A stretch of DNA of 64,000 bases from Octopus sinensis. Lineage: Eukaryota. Location: the NCBI RefSeq assembly GCF_006345805.1, contig NC_043002.1:45260001-45324000 (forward strand). Reading direction: 5' to 3'. The notes below the pieces were generated by a model, which worked only from the letters and a program-made list of their open reading frames with translations, was not told the origin of the DNA and made no database searches. This document shows, one piece after another, positions 1 through 12,130 of the stretch; the stretch's first letter is position 1, and each line of letters opens with the position of its first letter. A program made the translations under genes and the position numbers.

Positions 1-1048
1 TATATTTTAAGATTTCACTCAATTTGAATAAATTGTTATATAGTCCAAAATGTAAATTTATTTTCCTAATTCAATAAACGAATAAACCATATTTTCTACA
101 TATACATAATTGCTTTATAAATTAACTTACACATCTTGAGTATGTTCATTCTTTATAGACGAAGAAATATTGTAATTTCTGCTTCTATTTCAATCCGTAC
201 TTTTTGTTGCTATTGATTCTTCCTACAAGTAAGAGACTGCTTATATTCTGTTGTAAAACTTTAGCAAGAAGAATAACTTGCAACTTTTGGTTGTAATATC
301 TAATTACAATTTGTGACTCAGCAATTTTCTATATTGACAATACTATTTCTTTCCTATATCAATAACCTCTGACTGGAATAAATCCTGTTTGACCAATTAT
401 ATCAGTGCTCGCTTGTATATAATAACTAATGAAACAACTATAACAGAATGAATTGATATTCATGACCATAACGACATCATCATGGAAAATAACAAACATA
501 AAATAAGAGGCAATAATAGCCAGCCGCTCATTTGAAATTACAGAAACTATGCAAGACTAAAAACTATAAATAGGCAAGGAATGTTAATAACAAGAATAGG
601 AAATTTGAAGTTTGACTATCTAGACTATGTAAAGCTACGGAGTCAGCTTTACAGAGAGTTAAAAATATTACAATGACGTATATATTCATTCTTAATATAT
701 TCTGGCAGATTTTAACATAATTATTCAAATCGTTGTTGTATGTAGTATTCAGGGAACAACTTCTCCTTTCAGACGTTGTGTGTCCATAATACACTTGATT
801 CATTGACATAACGGGACCTTGAAGACACCGGCGTTTTGACATGGTTATGTCTCTTCAGTCGAAGTTTTCCTTGGATCAATGAAACTAAACAAAAATGGTG
901 GTTCCTGCTTATACAATTTAGCAAGCAAATTATTTGCGGATACATCTTGACGTCTTCCAAACCGATATCAAATTATCATATGCACGGAGAACCTGGAGAA
1001 TCAAAACGATGATGTACATATTTATTCTTAATGTTCCGGCATATTATA

Positions 1049-1172
1049 AGGCGGAGAGCTGGCAGAATCGTTACCGCGCTGGAAAAAATGCTCAACGACA
1101 TGTCTTCCATCCTTACGTTCAGAGTTCAAATGCGGCCGAGGTCGACTTTAATTTTCATCCGTTCGGGGTCAA
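1049..1172 (+). mobile_element. tRNA-derived SINE family A, 3'-truncated
   Basis: Head ggcggagagctggcagaatcgtta (A-box-like), gagttcaaat (B-box-like), then gaggtcgacttt..tcatcc.ttcggggtc shared with other copies in the window. Confidence 0.85.
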
Positions 1173-1484
1173 TGACATATATCATTCTTGATATGATATA
1201 TTTAAATAAATCTCATATACTCATTAACAAAGTGAAGATTCATCAGAAAAAACATCTAGCCACAATTTTATGGCAAATGTTTGGATATATAAATCAAAAG
1301 TCTTGTAGAAACGACCAGTATTGTATAAGGAGGTTTCAGTTTATATTTGATCATAGCTGACAGGTCAAGAACTAACATATTTTAGCAATCTAGATTAAGA
1401 AGATTTATGATGCAATTTTTAACTCAAATGTTCGGAAATTAGTAGAAATTTCACCTTTTTTATCATAGATTTGCGTATGTATAT

Positions 1485-1691
1485 GTGTGCCACATCACTT
1501 CATCTTACCCTGCTCTCTTTAATATCATATCAAGACACTTAAGAGAAGAAAAAAATCTTATAACATTCAAACGGTTCTTGGATGAACATCTCAAACACAT
1601 TCCAGATAAATCATCTACATTCGGATATATTTCTGCAAAGAATGACTCTTTACTGAAATGGACTATGGTAACCAAATATGAAACATCATAA
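1485..1691 (+). mobile_element. CR1/L2-group LINE 3' end fragment
   Basis: Translation PALFNII..HLR....FKRFLDEHLKHIPDK...GY....SLLKW resembles the C-terminus of the RT element at 24009-26190 and of CR1-group ORF2. Confidence 0.7.
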
Positions 1692-1804
1692 ACCTTCTTT
1701 TCCGGATGACTTAGGCCAATTCCGGTCGAAACTTATCTTAGTATATATATGTGTGTGTGTGTGTGCATGTATGTGTGTATACATACATATATATATGTAT
1801 AAAT

Positions 1805-1969
1805 ATATATACACGACGGGATTCTGTCACCAAATTCACTCACAAGACTTTGGTTGGCCCGAGGCTGTAGTAATAGATGACACTTGCCCAAGTTGCCACT
1901 CAATGGGACTGAACCCAGAGCCATATGGTTAGTAAGCAAGCTACTTACCACACAGCCACTCCTGCGCCT
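1805..1969 (-). mobile_element. CORE-type tRNA SINE family B (OR2-like), head half
   Basis: Reverse complement of aggcgcaggagtggctgtgtggtaagtagcttg... with a CORE-like cttgggcaagtgtc segment; matches the full copy at 5292-5712. Confidence 0.85.
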
Positions 1970-1981
1970 ATATATATATAT

Positions 1982-2016
<35 letters not shown>

Positions 2017-2017
2017 G

Positions 2018-2114
<97 letters not shown>

Positions 2115-2116
<2 letters not shown>

Positions 2117-2334
2117 CGAGCTGGCATATTTTGTTACCACGCCGGGCGAAATACTTAGTGGTATTTCGTCTGTCGTTACGTTCTGAGTTCAAAATCCGCC
2201 GAAGTCGACTTTTCCTTTCATCCTTTCAGAGTCGATTAAATAAGTACTAGTTACGCACTGGGGTCGATGTAATCGACTTAATCCCTTTGTTTGTCCCCTC
2301 TATATTTAGCTTCCTGTGGGGGCAATAAAGAAAT

Positions 2335-2337
<3 letters not shown>
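2115..2337 (+). mobile_element. SINE family A, near full length
   Basis: Head, central gtcgactt..tcatcctttc..gtcgattaaataagtac and tail ...gggcaataaagaaat; flanked by (TA)n and (TG)n. Confidence 0.9.
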
Positions 2338-2380
<43 letters not shown>

Positions 2381-2390
2381 GTGTGTGTGT

Positions 2391-2437
<47 letters not shown>

Positions 2438-2648
2438 AATATAATCCTGGCGACTACCGTTTTCCCTCCTAAATCGACTAAACACAGCGAATGTTGGTGA
2501 TACCCGAATTAGCAATAAGCTGCTAGGCTCTAGTGAGCTTCCTCGAAAGGTAAATCTGAGTGTCCTGCTCAGGATTGCATAGTTTCCGTAGAGTAAGCAA
2601 TAGCATTAATAATAACCAGGAGAATGGAGATTTTTACACATCTATGAT

Positions 2649-2930
2649 TATCATCATCATCGTTTAGCGTCCGTTTTCCATGCTAGCATGGGTTGGACGC
2701 TTCTACTGGGGTCTGTGAAGCCAGAAGGCTTCATCAGGCCCAGTCAAATCTGGCAGTGTTTCTACGGCTGGATGCCCTTCCTAACGCCAACCACTCCGAG
2801 AGTGTAGTGGGTGCTTTTTACGTGCCACCCGCACAGGTGCCAGACAGAGCTGGCAAACGGCCACGAACGGATGGTGCTTTTTATGTGCCACCGGCACGAG
2901 GGCCAGGCGAGGCTGGCAACGGACACAAAA
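2649..2930 (-). mobile_element. SINE/LINE 3' end with RTE-like tail
   Basis: Minus strand ends ggaaaacggacgctaaacg(atg)n and contains gttggcgttaggaagggcatccagccgtagaaac; internal ~60-bp tandem duplication at 2810-2930. Confidence 0.65.
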
Positions 2931-3365
2931 CGGGGAAGTTATTTACAGCATCCTTTCGTGAATCTACGCACGTTTCGACTACACCGACTGCACATCAGGG
3001 TCGTTTCTTACTGCCATTCGAAGTTAAGCGGAAGAAGTCTGGAAGTTGGATGAATAAATTGTTTTTAGCAAGTGTTGGTGTTACTATAAATAGTTGTATT
3101 TTCAGTGACCTATGGTTCACCTTGGCTAAGTTTGGTATGTGGAGTGAGATGTAGTCTTAAAACAGGTCACCGTTAGAAAGCTTACCATTCTATACCTTTT
3201 CAAGGAGAACTTTTCTATTTCACGAGGTATACATCTAATTATGGTTTATCATTTGCTTTGCTGCAAATAACTGTTTGATAAAATCATAAATGTTCTGATC
3301 ATTATTAATATTATTACACACGCACGCGCATTCACACATACACATATGCATATATATATACATAC

Positions 3366-3430
<65 letters not shown>

Positions 3431-3632
3431 TAAATAAAATAAAACATATACATATATATAAACATATATGTACGTACCTACCTCTACATGTACATATACA
3501 CGCATATATGAGTACAGGACACCAAAAAGACGTCGAACACAATGAGAAACGAAAACATAGACACAAACCAAAGGAACTGGACATTTTTTTAAACAACAAA
3601 AAAATAGAGTACAGGACAATTAACACAAAGAA

Positions 3633-3673
<41 letters not shown>

Positions 3674-3676
<3 letters not shown>

Positions 3677-3960
3677 AGGCGCAATGGCCCAATGGTTAGG
3701 GCAGCGGACTCGCGGTCGGAGGATCGCGGTTTCGATTCCCAAACCGGGCGTTGTGTGTGTTTGTTGAGCGAAAACACCTAAAAGCTCCACGAGGCTCCGG
3801 CAGGGGGTGGTGATCCCTGCTGTACTCTTTCACCACTCTTTCTCTCACTCTTTCTCTCTCTCTTTCACCACTCTTTCTCTCACTGTTGGCCTGCTCGCTT
3901 AGCTAAAACAATGCGAACGCATTGTGACCAGCATCTTATGGTCTGGTCGGTCACGTGATA
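3674..3960 (+). mobile_element. tRNA-headed SINE, family C
   Basis: Head ggaggcgcaatggcccaatggttagggcagcggactcgcggtc...ggtttcgattccc (A/B-box-like) followed by non-tRNA body; internal ctctttcaccactctttctctcact duplication. Confidence 0.7.
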
Positions 3961-3996
3961 TATATATATATTATATATATATATATATAATATATA

Positions 3997-4215
3997 AATG
4001 GATGAATGAATTATCCTTTGTTTACCGTTAACATGGAAAATTCAATAAACAGTTACCAGGGTAGGAAAATTCACGGAAGTAACAAGGATGAAGCGACCTA
4101 TTCAAAGGTAGAAATTCCGGGTTAATGTGCAGTAAATAAATGGAGTTGAACGCAGGTGTTATTAAAATTCTTTTACTTCTTTTTAATAACATCTGCGTTC
4201 AACTCCATTTATTTA

Positions 4216-4217
<2 letters not shown>
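3997..4217 (-). mobile_element. PLE-type terminal-repeat fragment with 5' fold-back
   Basis: Shares cgttc.actccatt and the terminal ggataattcattca with the hammerhead-bearing repeat at 5735-5995; 37-bp inverted arms 4131-4167/4181-4217; flanked by (TA)n. Confidence 0.65.
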
Positions 4218-4261
<44 letters not shown>

Positions 4262-4675
4262 TATACACATATATTTATGCATGTATACACATACAGACAT
4301 ACGCACACACATACACCTCTCTCTCCCTCTCTCACACACATACGAACAACCTATTCGAGTAGGCTTTCCTCCATTGCAACAACTGAACAGTAACTTCGAA
4401 GGTAACTCTCTCTTCAGCTTGTGTCAATATGAGATGCATGCTCAGTTGAATGAATATTCAAAGTAGAAAATTGCTTCTGACAGTTTTCGTAAAATTGCGT
4501 CAACATTTCGCTTCCTTTTCATTACACCTTACATTACACATTTTCTACACACAAACATTTGTGTATGTGCATTTCTGTATAATAATTAATGTAGTTATTA
4601 ACAAGAACAGTTGAAATTAATGCATGCATGATTTCACAGCTCTAGTATCACTCCTTCATAATTAGCTTATGAACT

Positions 4676-5291
<616 letters not shown>

Positions 5292-5294
<3 letters not shown>

Positions 5295-5712
5295 CGCAGG
5301 AGTGGCTGTGTGGTAAGTAGCTTGCTAACCAACCACATGGTTCCGGGTTCAGTCCCACTGCGTGACATCTTGGTCAAGTGTCTCCTGCTATAGCCCCGGG
5401 CCGACCAATGCCTTGTGAGTGGATTTGGTGGACGGAAACTGAAAGAAGCCTGTCGTATATATGTATATATATATGGGTGTGTGTGTGTATGTTTGTGTGT
5501 CTGTGTTTGTCCCCCTAGCATTGCTTGACAACCGATGCTGGTGTGTTTACGTCCCCGTCACTTCGCGGTTCGGCAAAAGAGACCGATAGAATAAGTACTG
5601 GGCTTACAAAGAATAAGTCCTGGGGTCGATTTGCTCGACTAAAGGCGGTGCTCCAGCATGGCCGCAGTCAAATGACTGAAACAAGTAAAAGAGTAAAAAG
5701 AGTAAAGAGAGA
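5292..5712 (+). mobile_element. SINE family B (OR2-like CORE SINE), full length
   Basis: tRNA-like head, CORE-like segment, internal TA/TG linker, tail gtcaaatgactgaaacaagtaaaagagtaaaaagagtaaagag. Confidence 0.9.
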
Positions 5713-5734
5713 GTATATATATATTTAAGTATGT

Positions 5735-6405
5735 GAATGAATTATCCTAGTATTGATAATTCGGTTAATCGATACCTGGGTAGCAAATTCACGTCAGAAA
5801 ACACGGTTGAAGCTACATGCCAAGGGTAGAAACCCCGTGTTCTTGTGTGGTAATTTGTGTATTATTTAAAATGAATAAAAGAATGGAGTCGAACGAAGAT
5901 TTTAACACAATTCCTTTACTTTCAACACATGTTTCGAAGACTGCATATTCTTAATTCCGAAGGAATAAAGTGTGCATTATGCCGTCTTTTCATCACACAT
6001 ATACATACATATACATAAATGCAGTTATATACACACACTCATACACACACATAAGCAATAAAACTAATTAACCAGAGCAAACACCCCCGCATCCACATAC
6101 ATACAGCATGCATACTGTCCCCTTCTTATTTTCATAAATTCCTCTTCCAAACAATTTTGACGTCATTGCTTTTAACGGATTTTTAAAAACACTCATTATC
6201 ACTGTGAACATTATGTAGCAAGCCATAGAAAAGTTTTTGTCCGTCTTGAGGCTGATTGATTTTCTTTGTCTTTCCTGATGAGAAGACGGCATAATGCACA
6301 CTTTATTCCTTCGAAATTAAGAATATGCAGTCTTCGAAACATGTGTTGAAAGTAAAGGAATTGTGTTAAAATCTTTGTTCGACTCCATTATTTTATTCAT
6401 TTTAT
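5735..6405. mobile_element. PLE-type terminal repeat with inverted partial copy
   Basis: 5870-5995 and 6277-6405 are ~125-bp inverted repeats, back to back around a ~280-bp spacer; both carry the hammerhead core. Confidence 0.75.
6270..6352 (+). ncRNA. Type I minimal hammerhead ribozyme motif, long stem II
   Basis: CUUUC-CUGAUGA-GAAGAC(G)GCAUA...UAUGC(A)GUCUUC-GAA-AC-AUGU-GU-U-GAAAG; stem I CUUUC/GAAAG, palindromic ACAUGU at stem III, predicted GUU cleavage. Confidence 0.75.
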
Positions 6406-6525
6406 TATATATATATATATAATTTATATATATATATACACGTATATATGTATTTGTGTCTGTGTTTATCCCCACAACATCGCTTGACAACCGATGCTAG
6501 TGTGTTTACACCTACACATTCAAAA

Positions 6526-6716
6526 TGTAACCGCGTGTGTACCGTTGGCGATTTTTTTCCTCCGTCTTCCCTTCATTGGATCTTTCCTTTTCCCATGTTT
6601 CTGACGAAGAGCTCCGCTCGAAACGTTCAGCCCTCCTTCTTTTATTATACTATATTTGTTCCACGTCCTCGCGTTGTTGTATTTTCTCTTTGTGTTTTCA
6701 TGTTTGGATTAACTTT
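6526..6716 (+). mobile_element. PLE-type terminal repeat with eroded hammerhead (6597-6631)
   Basis: CUGACGA-A-GAGC-UCC-GCUC-GAA-ACGU-U; stem I no longer pairs well (GUUU vs CAGC); ends in (TA)n. Confidence 0.6.
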
Positions 6717-6752
<36 letters not shown>

Positions 6753-7028
6753 ATGTATGTATTGAAGCTATTAATATTATTTAATATTATTCTAAGATGA
6801 AACACCTAGCTCATATGCTTCACGTTTGGCCACTTCATGCAAGTGGAAGCACATTACTTGAAGAGTAGCAATAGAAATTTTCAGCTTCGTATGAAATAAA
6901 AACAAACTGCACATTATGAATAGAGTGCTTGTTTTCGCTTGTTCATAAGTTCAAGTGCATATTCATTCGCACACACACACGCGCGCGCGCGCATACATGC
7001 ATACATGCATCCATCCATCCATTCATAC

Positions 7029-7087
<59 letters not shown>

Positions 7088-7106
7088 CATACATACATAC
7101 ATACAG

Positions 7107-7656
7107 ACTTCCTGAAATTAACTTAGAAAATTCCTTTCTTACAGAATATATTCATAAACACCAACTCAAGGAATACTGGTGGAATATTCCCATCAAAACT
7201 TCTGTCAAATGTAAGCATAATTGGCCGGGTATTGTTGTTTGGGATTGAGGGGCAAAGGTATGTACCATCATAGAAGTCAGCTGCCCTACAGATATAAATA
7301 TCTCTTTGAAAATCAAAGAAAAAGTGGATATCTATGGACAACTGCTTAGAAACCTCTAGCTTCTATATCCTGGCTATGAATTTATATTCATACCAATAAC
7401 AATTGGAGCACTACATTTTGTTAGTAAATGCTTAAAGGAGAATCTGGATAAACTGGAATTTTCAGAAAGACAAATCGACCGGCCAATTCGTACATTACAA
7501 GTGCAATCAGTGAGTGGAACGGTAAAAATAGGCAAGACTCTTTTCAAATTTCAAATGTGAATTTTTCTGTGTTAATTACATCCCTAAGATGGATCCTTAT
7601 ATCTTTGTTGAAAACCGGCTCCTCCTCAGTGGAAGATTTATAGTAATTAAAAAACA
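7107..7656 (+). mobile_element. RLE-type (R4/Dong-like) non-LTR retrotransposon 3' end, degenerate
   Basis: Translation YWWNIPIKTSVKCKHNWPGIVVWD*..KVCTIIEVSCPTDINISLKIKEKVDIYGQLLRNL*..IPITIGAL resembles a PD-(D/E)xK endonuclease; stop at 7558-7560; starts right after (TACA)n. Confidence 0.7.
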
Positions 7657-8030
7657 GAAGAGACTTACAATTATTGGGACACTGAGATATGTAACACACT
7701 GCTTAAATACCATTCTTGAGAAATTAGGTTTCTCAAAACAGGAAAAGGAGAAAGCTGATTCGAAGACTACAGATCCAAGCCATCACTGGAATTGTAAAAA
7801 TCTGTAAACTTTCCAGAAGTTTATCATTTAAGTATATATGACCATGTCTAGACATGCAACTATTTATATGCATGAGAATTTATACATAAAATCAAACATA
7901 CAAATCTGCATATACACATACATACAAAAATACTCTGTTGATGTTGTTGAAATTCCAATGAAGGAGCCTTGGATCTAGGTTAGAAACCGGCTCATTCTTT
8001 ATTGGCAAGAAATCTTGAAATAAAACTAAA
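7657..8030 (+). mobile_element. Second, related RLE-LINE 3' end in tandem
   Basis: IIGTLRYVTHCLNTILEKLGFSK..RKLIRRLQIQAITG..K parallels the C-terminus of the 7107 copy; nearly the same sequence occurs at 59780-60415; ends in (TACA)n. Confidence 0.7.
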
Positions 8031-8164
8031 TGACATACATACATCATACATACATACATACATACTACATACATACATACATACATACATACATACAACA
8101 TACATACATACATACATACATACATACATACATACATACATACATACGGTATGTTTTGACGAAT

Positions 8165-8480
8165 AATGCTGAATGTTTCTGTACGTATTTCTTGCGTTGT
8201 GTGTTGTAATAAAAGCTAGAGCTTTGGGTGTATCTGAACTGTTTCGGGATTTTCGTAATTCTTTAGTATCTATTGCTTTGGCACGTTCTATGCCTTTCGC
8301 TATTAAAGGAGACGAGTACATGCTTTCAAGGAATACCCGTTTTAATTCATGGAGTCTTTTAATTCTGAACATCTGGATTGGAGACAATTGATCGGATTCT
8401 TCTACCTAGGTTAAATGGAATATTGGATTTGGTATGTTTTGGCTGTCTAGATATGCCATGAATAAGTTGGCGTATACATA
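8165..8480 (-). mobile_element. PLE RT fragment, internally deleted
   Basis: YANLFMAYL, PKHTKSNIPFNLGRRIRSIVS and LIAKGIERAKAI..ELR...LAFITTHN are typical PLE RT/thumb motifs. Confidence 0.65.
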
Positions 8481-8482
8481 CA

Positions 8483-8740
8483 GAGGCGCATGACTTAGTC
8501 GTAAGCCAAATATAAAGAGGTGCCTGACTTAGTTGTTACATTCATGATCGTAAGATTGTGGTTTCGATTCCTTGACCGGGTGATGCACTGCGTTCTTGAG
8601 AAAAAGATTTCATTTCACTTTACTCCAGTCCACTCAGGTAGCAAATATGAGTAATCCTACGACAGATTGGCGTCCCGTCCAGATGAAGAATATATACATC
8701 ACAGAATGTGGGAAACGGCCTATAGCTTGAGAAGGACATT
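8483..8740 (+). mobile_element. Degenerate CORE-like tRNA SINE
   Basis: gaggcgcatgacttagt..., ggtttcgattcc B-box-like, cttgagaaaaagatttcatttcac..ctccagtccactcag. Confidence 0.55.
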
Positions 8741-8787
8741 TGCACCATAATATATGCATGTATGTGTGCGCGTACATGCATACAGGT

Positions 8788-8994
<207 letters not shown>

Positions 8995-9339
8995 TAAACA
9001 CACACAATAAAAGTAGTATCGAACAAATGACAGTTGAAATATAATCCTAAAATATTACAATATCTATAAAGTCAGAAACCATCGTATTGACAGAAGTAAG
9101 AACATTATGAAAGCCTAAATGCCATTGCAGATATTTTAGGAAGTATAATCGAACTTCATCAGACATTTGATTTCGAAACGCAGAAACTTCCGAATGCTTT
9201 TCGTACTTTCTCGAAAGGAATCTAGGTATTACAACCAATGATTTTTAAAAATTATTTTATTACTCTATTTTCATTTTCAGCTAGAGCCTGTAGTCATGCT
9301 GGGGCACCGTCATTGACGCTAATGCTTGTTTATTTTAGA

Positions 9340-9750
9340 CTCACTTTCCAATCTTCTCTCCTTAATCGGTCCTAGTGAAGAAATGAGATGCACAAAACTG
9401 CCCTTCTTGCCGTGATGCAGGCTTATTAAGTATATCAGATAAAAATGTGTCTAATTGTTCTTTGAACACATCCACATCTCTAGATGTGGATGTGTTAAGC
9501 ATTTTTGTAACGTATTGAAAAGTTTTTAGTAAGGTATTGAAAAGTTTGAACCTTAAGTTATTACAGTTTGGGTTACTGTGTCGGGCAAGGACAAGATTTT
9601 CAGTACAGCTTTCAATCCAAATGTTCGGTATTAGACAACATCTACATCCATATATCACTGCAAATATTTCGCGTCTTCTCCCCAGGAGTTAGAATCTCAG
9701 CTATTTTTGCTTATCCCAGTAGTCCATGTACTGTACCAAGGCAGACTTAG
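9340..9750 (-). mobile_element. CR1/L2-group LINE 3' fragment, degenerate
   Basis: RRRE..VIY, FKLFNTL, FKEQLDTFLSDI..KP motifs across frames. Confidence 0.6.
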
Positions 9751-9790
9751 TTCAATGGCGTTGGATTGTTTGGTATAGTAGTGGTAAATA

Positions 9791-10025
9791 AGGCGGCGAG
9801 CTGGCAGAAACGTTTGCACGCCGGGCGAAATGCTTAGCGGTATTTCGCCTGCTGCTACGTTCTGAGTTCAAATTCTGCCGAGGTCGACTTTGCCTTTCAT
9901 CCTTTCGGGGTCGATTAAATAAGTACCAGTTACGTACTGGGGTCGATATAATCGACTTAATCCGTTTGTCTGTCCTTGTTTGTCCCCTTTGCGTGTAGCC
10001 CCTTGTGGGCAGTAAAGAAGTAAGT
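9791..10025 (+). mobile_element. SINE family A, full length
   Basis: Complete head, body and tail; flanking direct repeat ggtaaataa (candidate TSD). Confidence 0.9.
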
Positions 10026-10044
10026 AACGGTAAATAATCTTTTG

Positions 10045-10452
10045 CAATATAGGCACAAGGCCTGAAATTTGAGGGAAGGGGAAAAGTCAATTATATTGAC
10101 TCCAGTACACAACTGGTACTCATTTTATCATCCCCGAAAGGATAAACGGCAAAGATGACCTCGGTGAAATTTAGACTCGGAACATAAAGAAGGACAAATT
10201 GGCGCTAAGCATTTTGTCCCACATGCTAACGATTCTGTCAGCTCGCGGCCTTAGTGGTGTTAAATAATGGTTTCAAATTTTGGCACAAGGCAAGAAATTA
10301 AGTCGATTGCATCGACCCCAGTGCTCAAGTGGTATTTATTTTATCAGTCGCGAAAGGGTGGAAATAAATGTGACCTCGGCAGAACGTAAAGACGGATGAA
10401 ATGGCGCTAAGTATTTTGCCCAGCACGCTAGTGATTCTGCCAGCTCGCTGCC
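10045..10452 (-). mobile_element. Two tandem older SINE-A-related copies
   Basis: Both end on + in ...ctaacgattctg(t/c)cagctcg..gcctta-like sequence, the reverse complement of the SINE A head. Confidence 0.8.
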
Positions 10453-10888
10453 TTAGTGGCTTTAAATAATAGTGAGTAAAATAGATGCAATTTTAGCACT
10501 TTAGCTAAATTAACATAAATAATGGCAATGGAAAATTCAAATTAGTCCAGTCCAATTATCGAAGAAATGGATACAATATGGACATTTTTTGAACTGTGGG
10601 TGTAATTTCCATTATTCGCGATTTTGTATGTGTGTGTACATGTTAGCTCAAGTGTATAAATATATCTATGTACCTGAAAATATTTAGTTTAGCATTTTTC
10701 TTTCGTTTTGTTTAGTTTCCCTATTTTTGCATTCTTCAGCAGTTTTCTGGGGTTTTCTTTTCAATATTTGAATAGGTATTATTTTTAAAACATCAATTCT
10801 TTTGTTTCTTTTTGTGGGGGGGTTCCCCTTTTTGTTTTTGTTTTGCTTTTTGTTACGAAGGCACATTTATACTGACCTATTTTTTTAG

Positions 10889-10965
10889 GTGCTCAGAAAA
10901 TAGTCCTCACTATCAAGAACAAACAGATAAATACATCGCAATGCAGAATTCAAAGATGAGAGCAG
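10889..10965 (+). CDS. Candidate internal coding exon of an unidentified host gene (xCSENSPHYQEQTDKYIAMQNSKMRA+g)
   Basis: ctgac branch-like motif at 10872-10876, tttttttag acceptor, cag|gtgagt donor; only one of three frames is open; non-repetitive context. Confidence 0.6.
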
Positions 10966-11669
10966 GTGAGTAAGTAAGAACATATCGACATCAAACATAA
11001 CTACATGCCAAGTAATATATGTACACTCTATTACGAAAATCAGATAAAGATTCAAAACCTTCCCATATTAATCAGATATTACAACAACCACCCACAAGAA
11101 GAAAGGGATAAGATTCGTAAACTACTCTTGATAAAACAAATACAAAAAAAACAGCGGCAACAACAATAATAACATCAGAGAAACAACAACCCTTAGGGTA
11201 AATAATGATTTCTATTAAAAAGTACATTATATTTTTCTTTTATATTTTCTTTGTTTTCAGTGTTTTTTTTTTCTTTTCTTCAGATAGTTTTTTTACAAAC
11301 TACCGATTTTTGTTTTCTTTACATTGATGAATAGCTCAAGAAATAAGAGATTCCACATCGATAACGATAGCCATTGTATGCTAACGGTGTTTCCAATACA
11401 TTTTTTTTTTTGCATTCGTTTCCAGTATTTATTTCAGTTATTTTATCATAAGATTATTTGCCCTTCCTTTTCTTTTTTTTTTTTTTTCTTCTTTTACTTC
11501 TGTCATTTTTCCTTATCTCCTTTTCTTTCGTTTGTTCAATTTACACATACACACACACACACATGACTAGATATAGTTGTATGTATATGTGTCTATATAT
11601 GCATAGGCATATATGTACATATGTATGCATACGTAATTATCCAACTACTTAGAAGATTTTAAGATACAT

Positions 11670-11715
11670 CTATGTATATGTATGTGTGTGTGTGTGTGTA
11701 CACACACCTATATAC

Positions 11716-11751
<36 letters not shown>

Positions 11752-11756
11752 GTATA

Positions 11757-11848
<92 letters not shown>

Positions 11849-12016
11849 GTATATATATGTGTGTATATATATGTGTGTATGTGTGTATATGTATAGATAT
11901 AGATATATATATGTGTGTGTGTGTATGTGTATATATATATATATATATACATACACATATACATATATATATATATATGTATATATATATATGTGTGTAT
12001 GTGTGTATATATTTAT

Positions 12017-12062
<46 letters not shown>

Positions 12063-12130
12063 TATATATATATATACACAAATATATACATATCTAAACA
12101 TACTTATACATGTACACACACGTGTGTATG
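11670..12130. repeat. Long compound (TA)n/(TG)n microsatellite
   Basis: Direct reading. Confidence 0.95.

Noticed and set aside
1-560. Possible decayed RTE-like 3' end on the minus strand
   Set aside because: Only faint resemblance with many stops; insufficient support
820-866. Minus-strand CUGAAGA-GAC..GUC-AAAAC hammerhead-like string
   Set aside because: G12 is missing, the cleavage triplet is wrong and stem I does not pair; at most a decayed relic
2487-2548. Exon-like segment with cacag acceptor and aag|gtaaat donor
   Set aside because: Weak pyrimidine tract and phase not directly compatible with the 10889 exon
3674-3745. tRNA-like sequence (also the heads of SINE A and B)
   Set aside because: Has A/B boxes but no complete cloverleaf and runs into a SINE body; not a tRNA gene
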